Shown: positions 1 through 14,300 of the stretch, in pieces
Layout of the letters: the number at the start of each line of letters is the position of its first letter
Numbering within the stretch: the stretch's first letter is position 1
Assembly (NCBI GenBank): GCA_050273025.1
Contig: CP158635.1
Coordinates: forward strand, 21,328,001-21,392,000
Reading direction: 5' to 3'
From: Cenococcum geophilum
Lineage: Eukaryota
Length of the DNA stretch: 64,000 bases
Position numbers and translations under genes: made by a program
Notes under the pieces: model-generated
Told to the model about the DNA's origin: nothing
Database searches by the model: none
The model's input: only the letters and a program-made list of their open reading frames with translations

Positions 1-1262
1 TATGGTCGCTCGTAGGCTCTTCGCAATACTACTTGAAGGGGCGGACATCATTCTTATTATGTCGAGCGTTTTTGGGAATGCTCCAGGGCGGCTTCATCCC
101 CGAGGTCTGCCTTTAGCTAGCAATTGTACAAACGCATTCTGACCTGCCCAGGTGATTTTATATCTATCATACTTTTACAAGCACCACGAGCTCTCATTGC
201 GGCTCGGCTTTTTCTGGACCGCCTCTGCCTTTGCCGATGTTCTCGGCGGCTTCCTTGCCTTTGGCATCCTCCACCTGCGCGGTGTGAACAATCGCGCTGG
301 CTGGCGGTGGCTCTTTCTCATCGAAGTAGGTTCATCTCTCCTGCACTCCTCATCCCTACTCTAATTCCTCAAAGGGCCTCATCACCCTCGTCGTCGGCCT
401 CCTAGCCTTCGCCCTCATGCCATCAAGTCCAACCTCCACCTCCGGCTGGCTCCGCGGCTCGCACGGCTGGTTCACCTCACGCGAAGAAACCATCATGGTA
501 AACCGCGTCATCCGCGAGGACCCAAGCAAGAGCTCCATGCACAACCGCGAGCCCCTAACCCCCAAGCTCCTCTGGCAAAGCATCAAAGACTTCGACCTTT
601 GGCCCCTCTACATCCTCGGCCTCAACTTCCAAACGCCCATGTTGACTCCGAGCAACTACCTCACCCTCTCTCTCAAAGGGCTAGGCTTCGGAACCTTTGG
701 TACCAACTTGCTCGTCATCCCAAGCAAAGTCCTGCATGTCGTCACGATGCTGGGCCTCACATATGCCGGCGAGGTTCGCAGCGAGCTCACGTATACGGCG
801 CTCTTCGGCCAGCTCTGGGCCCTCCCGTTCATCATCTTCATCAACGTCTTCGACATAACCACCATCAACAAGTGGCTCGCCTGGCTCGTCATGACGCTGC
901 TGCTCTGTTACCCCAGCGCCCACCCCATCCAAGTCGGCTGGAACTCGCGGAATTCAAATACAGTTCGCTCGCGGACTGTGTCGGCTGCGATATACAACAT
1001 GAGCGTGCAGACGTCGGGCATTGTCGCTGCGAACATCTACCGCGATGATGACGCGCCGAGGTATGCGCGTGGTAACAGGGTGCTGTTGGGCATTCTTGTG
1101 CTGAATATTTTTCTGTACCTAGGCACGAAGGTGTATTATAAGAAGAGGAATGAGTACAAGGAGAGGAAGTGGGATTCTATGACGCAGGAGGAGAAGATGG
1201 CGTATCTGGCTACGACGAGTGATAAGGGGAATAAGAGGTTGGAGTTTAGATTTGCCCATTGA
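1..1262 (+). CDS. MFS transporter, allantoate permease (Dal5)/anion:cation symporter family; 5' end outside window
   Basis: Exons <1-104, 152-325, 375-1262 with GT..AG introns. Motifs [46 protein letters not shown] and C-terminal [13 protein letters not shown] are typical of fungal Dal5-like permeases. Confidence 0.9.
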
Positions 1263-1772
1263 GGAGTGGTAGACCCCAATGCGAGACCATAGAGAATTAT
1301 AGAACGGGTGTCGATAGCGCTGTGTTACCTTCCTATAAGAGTATAGATCAGGGGTATCTGTGACTCATTCGCCGTGTATATATAGCCTCATTTTCTTCGT
1401 AGATTTCAATCTTTACACGAGTTTCCCTGACGCACGGACTTCCGATGGACAACGGGAAACGACTGATGAGAGCAATATCTCTAGCGAGAGTAGTATTCGA
1501 TGGCTTCCCCATGTATCAGACATGAAGTGAAAACAGCAAAGTCCAGCAGCCTTCTACCGCTGCCGCCAGCCAGGCCAGGAGGCAATATGGGAAGCAAGGC
1601 AACATTCCCAACTTAACCTCTCAATATCACACAAAATTGGAGCACATTGCCCTGTCTAATTCCATCTAGTTTTCCAATGTCGAGCGCCGGCGATAAGGTT
1701 ACTACCAACGCCTTCCACAGCCTAAGAGGAAGGGGTTCTTCAAGGTTTTGAACATATTACGCTGGTTAGAGT

Positions 1773-2340
1773 TAGGGTTGCTAATCAACCAACCGTTTCA
1801 ACTGATTGATTGATTGCCAAGGCCTCAATTCAATTCAATTCAATCGAAGCTTTATATATTAGATGATCAATTAATCGTGAGGCTCAATTGAATTAAATTG
1901 AATTAAATTGATTGAAATCCAGTTGAAACATTTGGTGTTTTTATGTCGAGATGCCTGAGGAGGTCTTTGAGGATGCTCCGTCTAGATTTTAGTAATGCCT
2001 AACACATGCCTACTTTCTTACTTCTATCACCTCCTACCTTAATACCATAGCTTCCACCACCCTAGATACCACCTAGGATGATGCCAAATTAATTAATTCT
2101 GCCCTTTCTACCGCGCGAACCAGCCCTATGGCCCCCTGTCTACAAAGTCCCCTTATAGTTAGAGCTTAGAAAATTAGAACGAGAACTTAGTTAATATAAA
2201 CTTTTATATTTACGAGTATAAGGGGTAGAGGCTATATTAAGGCAATTACCTAAATATAAAGATATTATAATATCTAAGAGAAAACCTAACCTAATTTCTC
2301 ATTTCGCGTATTATAGTTAAATAATTTAAATATCTCTATG
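1773..2340. mobile_element. Degenerate, RIP-like DNA transposon end (possibly hAT-type)
   Basis: Starts TAGGGTTG, followed by subterminal arrays of (GATT)n and (AATTC/AATTG)n, then TpA-rich stop-laden sequence. No second end found. Confidence 0.4.
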
Positions 2341-2373
2341 CCGTCTATATCGCAGATATTAATAATAAGTTTA

Positions 2374-2699
2374 GGGCGCGCTCGGTTGCAATCTGGAGGC
2401 CTCAGATTCAGTTCGGAATCCGTTGATTCGGAGTGATTTTCCCTGCACAGCCTTAAAATTTTAACGTTCCTCTCACCGCTCGAAGAACGCCAGAATTGCA
2501 CGCTAAAAAGAACACTAAAAATTGGCAACTTTACCGTATAAAGCTTCTGAACTGGAGGTCTTGACGTCGGTTCAATCTGGAGCCTTGTGTTTAAGCCACG
2601 AACACGTGTACAAATTCGGACAAACGCGTCTTTTCTGCCGGAAGAAAGCATGGATCAACGTCAGATTGAAAAAGCTCCAGGTTGCAACCGCACACGCCC
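2374..2699. mobile_element. PIF/Harbinger-like MITE
   Basis: Imperfect TIRs GGGCGCGCTCGGTTGCAATCTGGAG / CTCCAGGTTGCAACCGCACACGCCC, flanked by TTA on both sides (2371-2373, 2700-2702). Related to the element at 26474-27095. Confidence 0.75.
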
Positions 2700-2921
2700 T
2701 TAATAAATCCTAAAGGGTTAGACATGATTTTAGCGGTGCGTCCATAAAGAGTTAGTCAGCGCAGCGGACCAATAGAATATCCGCGCCAACCAAAATAACT
2801 CTGAGCTCGCTGAGGTAACTTACGGTCGCAATAACGATCGAAGTCAACATCTTCGAGCGACAGTATCAATCTAACATCACCGAGTTTCATCTCTAAATTT
2901 TGATATTTCATTCTCTATATC

Positions 2922-4870
<1,949 letters not shown>

Positions 4871-5217
4871 CTTTACGATTTATGGGAAGTATTTTGTATT
4901 CACGCATTTAGCGCGGCGCTAGAGACTGTTTATCTGCATCATTTGAGTACGAGTCTGTGTATATGTCAGGGGGATATGCGTCCAATATAGATACCCATAT
5001 CAAATCATGACGAAAAAAGCTATGCCCAAGAAATGCCCTTAACGACCCGGTATTGAGACGTTAGATTCCGCATTCATCTCTAGCCAGCATACCCAAAAGA
5101 AAAAGCTCATATCCATTACAAGTGCGTGTCAGGAAAGGCAGAGGGTATATCTTTCCCCAAGCCCGACCCTTTACCCCAACCAATTTCAAACAAAAAATAC
5201 CCGATTTACTGTACTCG

Positions 5218-6711
5218 TTACAGGAAATAATCCGCTACGGGCTTCTTCGCCGGCATGCCCCGCGAATCCTGCGGCGCGGCCTCAAATACCCTATACCGGC
5301 GCCCGGGCCCGTCGCGCGCCCGCTCCGTCAGCACGTTAGACTGCCGCCTAGTGGCATCGCCGTTGGAGCGGCGCACGTAGCCAGCGTTGCTGCCGTCCTC
5401 ACCGAGCTCCAGGATCGCAGCGACATTGCCGCAGCGGTAGCAGTAGTTCGGCGCGCTCCAGACGGTCACGATGGTGCTGTCGAACATTTCTTTGAAGCCT
5501 TCCATGACGAGCTGGTGGGCGCGCGCGATCAGCGAGAGGTCGTTCTTGTGGTTGAAGCACTTCACGATGTCGGCGCCGAAAAGGAAGCCGGCGCCGCGCG
5601 GTGAGAGGCCCCATCCGTCGATTTCGTCCGGGTCGGACCATAGCAGGTCGCACATGGCGCCTTCGTGCGGCACTTCTTGCTTGCGGTCCAGCAACCGGAT
5701 CTTGTCGATCGTGTCGATGAGCGGGGAGAGCCCGCCGTGCACGCAGAGGACTGCGCCGCCGTCGTTGCCGCGCGAGCCATTGGCGGAGGAGGTAGCGCTA
5801 GTGCCTGAGGGACCGGTGCGGGAGGGTGTGTCGATTATAGGGGAGCTGGAAGGCTGGGATGCGGCTTGGGAGGGCTGTGAGGAATCGTGATTGCGGGCGA
5901 AGCGGAACATAATCTCGCCATTCGCGTTCAGCGTCTCGATCTCGATGTCCTGTTCTTCACCTGGCATGCTAGCTTGGGAGGTAGGGTCTTGGAAGGGCGC
6001 GTCCGAGGGTTCGAGGTTCGTTGCTGCACCTGTGACGAGGGCGCCGAGCGCAAGATAGTCGAACACTTCGCAGCAATACCTAGGTAATGTCAGCATGTTG
6101 CTTGTAGACTAAAAATTGCAGTTTATATGTCGTACCTCCACACATTCGCGCTGCCATATTTCCGTAAACACTCATCATAAAAGCCATAAACAGTCGTGAT
6201 CTGTCTCGATTCGTGGTTTCCCCGGATAAGTGTTATTCGGTCTGGGTATCGTACTTTAAGGCAAAGAAGGAGAAGAAAAGACTCGAGAGAGTAAAAGCCT
6301 CTATCAACAAAATCGCCTGCGCTCAGTCAGTGCGTGTGATCTTGTTCAGGACCAGCGGAGAGAGCCTCACCCATAAACAGATAATTTGTATCCGGCACGT
6401 CACCGCCCACTCGAAACAGCTCCATGAGATCATGGAATTGTCCATGTATATCGCCGCATATCTGCATTTCCGGAGGCGATTAGCTAGGTGTTTCCGTTAT
6501 CCGCATGAAAGCTCGTACCGTCACCGGCGCATCCACTCCCACTACATTCCCCTCTTCTATCAGCAGTTCCCTCGCCTTATAGCATAGCTCTCGCACTTGA
6601 TATTCAGGTATAGGCCGACATGCACGTAGCTGCGCGATGGCTCTGCGGTAAATATCCTCAGCAAACGGTCTTGAAACTTCGGGTAGTAAATTACCTGTCA
6701 AGGTCGCTCAT
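5218..6711 (-). CDS. PPH3: Ser/Thr protein phosphatase 4 catalytic subunit (PPP family)
   Basis: Spliced protein starts [14 protein letters not shown]. Contains GDIHGQ, GDFVDRG, RGNHE, HGGLSP and WSAPNY. C-terminus KKPVADYFL matches the PP4c tail. Confidence 0.9.
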
Positions 6712-7293
6712 CGTTGCAGGCGCAAGCTACTTGCCCACAAAGGGGCTTCGGAGGGGATATCTGGCGCGCTTATGGAGGAAGAGGCACCCAATGGCTATGT
6801 AAATCCAATCGACGTAACGAAGACCTTGAGAGTCTTTGACGCGCTGAACAGAGATGACGATATCGGAGTGGCGTCGCGGTGCATTAAATGATTGCGTCAG
6901 TTGGGGGTGGTTGAGATCCTATCTTCACCTTGAGCCCCTATCGTTCTCGAGGGCAGCCGGAGCCTTTTAAGTGAGAAGAAAAATAGATGGTTGAATGGAG
7001 TGGAAATACGTGGTGTTGGAGTTGGCGTTCAGATGTCTTGCAGGGATCATCCGTCAATCGTTCCGCGGTACATAGTCTTGGCATGGTTCGTCAAGACCTC
7101 GAACCACTCGTCCACCCCACCCTCTCCATGCGTACATTGATTCATAGGGGCTCAATTGCGTGAGTACGTCATTGCCTCTCCTTCTATTAGCTTGCTTAAA
7201 TTAACATTGCTATCCTATCAGCTCTTCTAATGCCTTACCACCAAGTGCACCACCACCCAGTCACCCGCATTGCATCCACGGCCTCTTCACCTG

Positions 7294-7752
7294 ATGCCGC
7301 CCGCTCTCCACCCCCGCTCGCGCCTCACAACTTCCCTCTTTACCACAACTCTCTTCATCTCCTTCCTGGTCGTTGCTACACCACACATCCTTCCCTGTCC
7401 TGTCGACACCCGCGCGCTCGCCGACTCCGCAGATCCAGACGCGCTATCCACACGGCCGAAGAGGCGGCGGCGAAGATGCCAAGTTGATAAGAACGGCAAC
7501 CCAATCATGTCGAAGCATATTACTACCAGCGAACCAGCTTCACTGAGCGGAGGTGTGAGTGACGAGGAACCAGCGACAACGGGTAATTCTGGAAACGACA
7601 GGACACGGCGAAGAGAATGTCCCGTGCCGAAGCCCGGAGGGCTAGTTGGACAGATTCTGGGGCTAAGGAAAGATGAGGATGGAAGCACACCTCCGGTTGT
7701 CAAGGTCGAACCAATTCAAAGGAGAGAACGGGATGAAAAGAGAGACGGATAA
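7294..7752 (+). CDS. COA2: Cytochrome c oxidase assembly factor Coa2-like protein
   Basis: LFTTTLFISFLVVATPHILPCP resembles the yeast Coa2 core (hydrophobic helix followed by LPCP). ATG at 7294. Confidence 0.6.
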   Translation: MPPALHPRSRLTTSLFTTTLFISFLVVATPHILPCPVDTRALADSADPDALSTRPKRRRRRCQVDKNGNPIMSKHITTSEPASLSGGVSDEEPATTGNSGNDRTRRRECPVPKPGGLVGQILGLRKDEDGSTPPVVKVEPIQRRERDEKRDG

Positions 7753-8195
7753 AAAAAAATTGCCTGCGGCTATTATGTTATGCATCTGGGAGGGCATACT
7801 GGAGTTTCAAAGAGGAAAGTGGGTTAGATATGGATGAAATCTTGGTGTATTATACTATGTACACTCGAATGAAAAGAGCAAAGAGAGCGGCTCTGCTGTA
7901 AATACTTGGAGAGAGTCATGTATGAGGTGTAACTCCTTTAATCGTTGTCATGCCATAGTTGCTTTGGATAGGCTTCTGAAGGCCTTGGTAATGAGCCCAC
8001 GGGATCTAACATAATGTTGAACTGACTGTCCATAGCCTGAATTGCATTTAGCCCCAGATGCATGTGGGATATTTTTTTCTACCATTGTTACTTTATATCT
8101 GCCTTGAAGCTGACCAGAGACTATGAAAAGCGCTAATGACATGGCAGATATTACATGAGTTGCCTCAGTATTTCTATTCACAAATTATATGGTAT

Positions 8196-9901
8196 CTAAC
8201 ACCCACTCCCCATAATTCCATGCATACCGCCGGCCTCGCTATAAGCACACTTCCCAACGCCAGTACTTGCCGAGTTTACGCTCACTGTCAAGCCGACATT
8301 CTCGAATTCAATATTATAGCACGGGCGTACCTTGAAAAAGCTCACACTTGCCGTTGTGGACTTATTGTTCAGATTCCGGCAAGTTCATAAATGCAATATT
8401 CGAGATTTCCAGAAGACTAGTGCCGGAATACGAGCCGTTATTGCCACTACCTTCCGTGATAGCAGGTCCAGAATCGGCCCCTTGATCATGGAAGTTGGCG
8501 AAAAGAATGTTGCGAACAGAACCCCAATCAGCACCACGCGGTTGGTAGTTGGACTCGTAGCTAGATTGTAGTACCAAAGCCCCCACCCAAGTCTTGATAT
8601 ATGCCGAGTTGTGCATATCTTCATTGTAGCGGATGGTCTAAGAATAGCATCAGCATTTTAATCTACAGGCCCTCAACAGACCTAGAAAATGCCTACATTA
8701 ACGTCAGTAATAACAACATTTTCCACTGACGAATCTTCCAAGTACTGTCCCAGACTGCCAATAGTGATGCCGTTGCCGTCATGACAGGTAGCGTTCTGAA
8801 CCATAATATTATAGGAGTGTGGCTTTACTGCAATGCAATCATTGCCTCCTTGGTAATAGAAGTTTGTCAACTTGATATTAGTTGCATCCATAGTATCTTC
8901 AAAGCAATTGTTAGACATCATATCGTAGAATTAAGGGATGAATGAAGATCTCACCAAAGCCATCTGTATTCTGGACCCAGTTGGTTCCATATGGCGCTTT
9001 CGTTGCCGTGGCATTACACAGTATATTGTCAAATGTCATGTCCGTTCCATTCATGATATTGATACTCCAGAGAGGAGGCTGTTTAACGAAAAAATTCTTC
9101 ACTGTCACGTCGCCGACGTTCCAGAAAACGAAAGGCATAGGCCGTCCTGGCTGTGTGTTGCCTGCTTCAGCCGTATACCAAACATCACCGTTGCCGTTGA
9201 TACCGCCGGTTCCGTAACCATCAATATGAACGCCGTCACCAGTAAGTATGAAGCCAGCGTGATGGTTCTGGAAGGCGATCGGATAAGAGTTGTTGCGCCA
9301 GTATGAGAGGTTATCTGAGAACTAAGAATTTGTAAGATTGTACATATCGAATAGGCATCCACAACTTCCTTATAGTCCATTGATGTAAGCTTTTGCAGTG
9401 TGGGAATTGAACGAGCAACTTGATTGTAAATGTAGCTCTAAAGCCTCTATATATACACGAAGGTGGAGGTAATAAGACATGATGGGGTAATAGGTAACTA
9501 AAATGGGAACAGTGATCTGCAAGCAATATTGATCTGCAAGCAATATTGATCTGCAATCAATATATAGGGTGGCGTTGACGCTGTCTTGAATCCTTCCAAG
9601 CGGTGATCTTGTGTCTCAGCACAGTGTCGGTAGTCGGTTACAATTGACCTTTCCAGTCAATTATTACGTCGTTCACAACCGGATTAAATTTCTAAGCTAT
9701 CCAATACGACTGGTCTTGCAGGAAGAGAATGATCCCGCCACTTCCACACTGCTGAAAAGCATGCAGTGTATTTGGTACGTCATCTTTCCGGTGCCCGTTG
9801 GCATAAACAGTGCAATGTCTTCGACCATTGACTTCACCTCAGAATTCGCAAGAGCCACGGAAGCGAGAAGCGACGAGAGTTGAGACAATGGAGAGGAACA
9901 T
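8196..9901 (-). pseudogene. GH28 exo-rhamnogalacturonase/RgxB-like pectinase pseudogene
   Basis: GH28 motifs NTDGFDT, GG(N)DC and GNGITIGSLG. Frameshifts in the signal region and near 8380, in-frame TAG at 9692-9694, catalytic-motif GDD read as GND (8841-8843), insertion at 9331-9642. Confidence 0.85.
9331..9642. mobile_element. Probable solo LTR inside the GH28 pseudogene
   Basis: 312 bp bounded by TGTAA...TTACA. Replaces the end of exon 1 and its splice donor. Contains a 17-bp tandem repeat (GATCTGCAAGCAATATT x2.5, 9514-9556). No TSD seen. Confidence 0.5.
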
Positions 9902-11305
9902 TATGGTTTATCTTGCTACGCGCAAAAATAGATTGCTTGAGGTCATGCATATTTATACCTACCTGTTCCTGGATCAGAGGACAGGGAAGCTGCACTCCTG
10001 GTACCTACATGCCTCGAGTTGATTAGAGGTAAAATGCTCTTATGCTAGACGAGTGCGGAGAAGCTTGGTTTTACCCGGATGTTCTCTTCGCTCGGTCCTC
10101 AATTGAGCCGATGGGAGCTTTAAGTTTTCTCGGATAGATACACACCGAGGTGGGTGAAAGGGGGAGGAGCTGGCACGTGGAAAGGAAAGCTGGGGTAAAT
10201 CTCCGGGGGAAGGTCTGCGCCTGGCGTTTTGTGACGTCTTCGCCTTGCAAACATCAAACTCTATCATGAGGATATTACGCCCCCACACCCTTCCATTACG
10301 GCTTGTTGCTGGCCGGTCGCTGGCATGGAGGAAAAGCTTTAGTTCTTCATCGCGTTTTTCTGATAAGAACCGCATCTACAATTCGTAATTCTCGCTCGAT
10401 CGCTTCCGGAATGCGGTTTCGACTAACCAGAGAATACCAGTATCCGTACTCCAGAAGAACTCTCCACACTCCTACTTCTCTCTGCGAGCAGCAATCGACC
10501 GCTTATAACCCTCTGGTCTGCCTCGTGGTGTTCGATGTGCGCAGCGGTTAAGCCGATTCTCAGGGAGCTAATAGAAGATGAAGGGGTTGGAGAAGCAGAA
10601 GGTGGAATTGGGTACTCGGAGGTAGAGCTAGATTCCGTACTTATTTCCGACTTGGGTGTGAAGTATATGGTAATGACACTAAATTTCTGGAGCCTTTTAA
10701 GAAACACGTTGTATTGGATAGGGCTGATTCTTTCTATCGATCAATTCGATGCCTACTCTCCTGGCATTTAGTAGACAGGAAGCACAGCTGGGGACAAAGC
10801 TCACAAGACCGGAGAATATGAAAGATAAGAAGTTCCTCAGGCAGTGGTTGGAAACAGAGGTGAGGGGAGGCAGTGCCAGTGCTAGTGGTGCTAGCGGTAG
10901 TCTTTTCGGTGGCCGGTTTGGGCGATAATAAAAAGCAATGGCAAAACAGGGAATGCATCATAAACGCCTGCGCCAGGCACTTCCCATCATTATCCGGACC
11001 AATAAATGTATTATTACTTCTTGTAGATATGTATAACATCGGCTTCTCATAGAATAGAAATAAGAACTCTAACAAGTTTAGAATACATAGTCGTTGCCTT
11101 GTCATTGCAAAACCTGGGGGCCCAGTACATACAGTCTGTTGGTCACATTGAATATCAGTACATCTTTTTATTAAACTAGTAGAGATTCACGTCACCATTT
11201 CCCTGTAATAGTAATGAGCATATTTCATTGACAAAGGGTATCCGCTTTATTGTATAATAAGGTTTTTGCTATGCTTTAATATTGCTATTTAATAGATAAC
11301 GTTTT

Positions 11306-14300
11306 TTATCTTCCACTCGCATCTCTACCTCCACCATCACCTTCACTATCATCTTCGCTATCATCCTCGCTATCATCACTATCCTCTTCACTTCTGAGTC
11401 TCCACTCATCAAAATTGATATTGTTTGAAGTACTCAAAGGCGCCATCAGTAATTCTGCTTCCAGATCGCCAATTTTCCTGTCTATGTTGCGCATTTGTAA
11501 TTCTGAATCGGATGTCTGTCGCCTTGTAGAAGGAAATCGACGATTGACAGGCACGTCGTCTATAGACCCTTCAATATATCCATGGCACAGAAAGAACGCT
11601 ACGATCGCCTTCCAGTCAATGCTGCAGCTGGCAAGAGCGCACTGGACAAGCAGACGACCATCGTTATAAAAGCCGGGCATGCACCGAGCATCAGGATTGA
11701 CTTTGAGGCCCAGGGCACAAACCTATGCATTGAATATGGTGTGCAGTCCGCAGTCCGTATGATTTCGCTGACGCGCAGCATCGACGGTTCCTGGCGATTT
11801 TGGAAACTTTACTCTTGTTCGGTGATCGTTCCACCCAAGCTTCTCGGCGACTCGACAAACTGTCTTGAAAATCTCGTCATACTGGTCTTCCAAGTAGTCC
11901 GGGCAGGAGTCCAAGAAATGTAAACTACTTTCGTTGTTCGCCGCGTCTTGAAACATTATTAAAAGAGTATGTCCAGGGTATTCCTCTTCCTCAGGCGCCC
12001 CTACTGGCTCAATCTTCAGCTTCGGCTTCGGCTCTAATCCTTCTTTCGCGGCAGTTTCGAAGCTATCAACTACCCACGGCAAGAGCCAATGCCTTCTCGG
12101 CCGAGTTACCGTCACGGGTTCCTGCATATCATTAATATAGTTCCGTACCACGGCCAAGTCCACGGAACTAGTGAGAGTGAAACCGGAAAGGTAAGGTTTT
12201 TCCTCTTGATGCGCCATGATTGCTTCAATTACCGAAGCGATCCCTAGCAGCACATTATCGTCATTGAGATATTCACCCATTTAGGTGATCATATGTGCCC
12301 GCCCTTTTGGCCCCATACGCGGCTCGAATTCCTGGAAGCGATCCCAAGCCTCTCTGAGACTTTGGCGATAAAACGAGCACGGATCTTTACGGATTTCTTC
12401 CAAATCATGATCCACTTTGGGAGATCTCGGACAATACAGGGATATATATGTCCCTCTTATGGTCCTGGGAATTTCGGAGCCATCAAGACGGCCTTCTTGG
12501 CTAAGTACTTTCGTCATCACTTCGAACTCATCATCACCATGTCCGTCACTACTGCTTTTATTCCGCCGTTTGAAGATTTTCCGGAATCTTTGTATAACAG
12601 CAATACCATCTTCGCTTCCGTCAAACTGTCCCCGAGCGGCCAGCTCTGGTATCATTTCGAATCTGATCTTATCCGTATACGTGTCTCCGATGAACAGCGT
12701 ATTATAAGGCACGCCAGACTCGAATTGGACGTTGTTTGACCGGTTGACCTGGAAGCCTGAATGTGCCATGAACATTTCGTCTTCTTCGAGTCTAATCTTT
12801 TTCTCATTTTCTCCAGTCTCGGTTTGCTTTTTAGTTTGCTTGAACCGGCGGTCCTGAGGGACATTCGACTGCTCCTGAATGAATTCTTGGCAAAGAAGGA
12901 ACGCGTAGACGATCCGATAATCCAGGAAACCGCCCAGGGCCAATATAATCAATTGCCAAGCCTCCTCGTAGAATTTTGTCTCCGGGATGAAGTCTGGATT
13001 AAGATTTAATCCCAGAGCAATTACCCAGGCGTTCAGAATTGTATGATAACCACATGCCCAATCGACGAGTTGTTGCGCCACGGGGCTCACCCATATTGCA
13101 TTCCGTGGCTTGATATACTGCGAATCATTAAACGGGATCCTGTACCACACTAGATTTTCCATGACCGTTGTGGATTCCTGATATATCTGTACACGCTATT
13201 GCACTGAGTTATGCCATTTCTTGGAGTCAAGGACGTGGAGACTGATGGTTCCATCTTCGTCCCTCTGGAAGATGAGCAAGAGTATGTGGTGGTTGAACCA
13301 CCACGGCAAAAGCATAGGCCTCTGGGGACGTATCGCTCTATTATGGTCATGTTGGCCAGATCCTGCAACCCCCAGCGTCATCCAAGAGACGATGCTGAAG
13401 CCTGAATCCTCCGACCGTATGCCATTGATAGCCACAGAAGTAACTCCTTCCATAACTTCCTGGTTCGTGAGCTAGTGCCTGGGATTTGTAAATTTCCCGT
13501 TTGTCTCATTTTCCCATTTTTTGACAGCAGGGTTTTCCGTCAATTCTGAAAGCAACTGGCGAAAATATTCGCAGGCAGTGTTGCCCTCGGGAATTATAGG
13601 TGTGGCAGGAGTTTTCTTGTTTCCCTCTTTCCCCCCTAGCCCTTTGGGTGATTTAGGGGATTTAGGTGGTTTAGGCGATTTTGGAGGTTTGGGAGGTGTA
13701 GGAGATTTGGGGGGTTTAGGCGGGGAGGATGTTGGAGATAGTGGAGGCGGTAGAACAATGGTTTCTAAATCTATGACTGCAGTAGATGTGATGAGTGTCG
13801 GATTCTGAATAAATGCGGATCGATACTTCCACTATATAAGCAATTTTCGTATACAGATTGTATAGACTTACTGTTGGCGTATTTGGGTTGTGTTTCCTAT
13901 CCTCCTTCTTGCGCCAGAAGAGAATGGGTTGGTCAAGAACCTCAATCACAGTAAATCCATCCAGTGGCCCGATAACGACATTGCCGCTAGGAGAAGGGTT
14001 TGTGTACTCATCACTATTAACCCTAATAGTAATGTTACCTGGGACATTAATAAAGTATCCATAAGTTCTTCGCGTTGGATCCTCGTAGGTGTTACTTAAC
14101 CGGTATAGTTCGAATTGGACGGTTAGAGTACTCGGTAGGGGAGAACTCGCTGCGTTTGTTACATATCTACAAACAAAAATTGCGTATCAGTTGAAGTATA
14201 GAAATATGAGCTATAGACTTGACCTACACTGTAATAGACAAATTCTCGTTCACTTCGTACCATTCCAATTCGTTATCGCTGTTCTCATCCCTATTTAAGG

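Noticed and set aside
1764..1780. Telomere-like TTAGAGTTAGGG
   Set aside because: Only one exact unit, and it coincides with the start of a transposon-like end.
5218..6711. PP2A, Ppg1 or Sit4 identity for the phosphatase
   Set aside because: The N-terminus SDLDR and C-terminus KKPVADYFL fit PP4 better.
10040..11105. Short ORFs downstream of the tandem protease gene
   Set aside because: No consistent frame, splice model or motif. Possibly decayed sequence, but no call can be supported.
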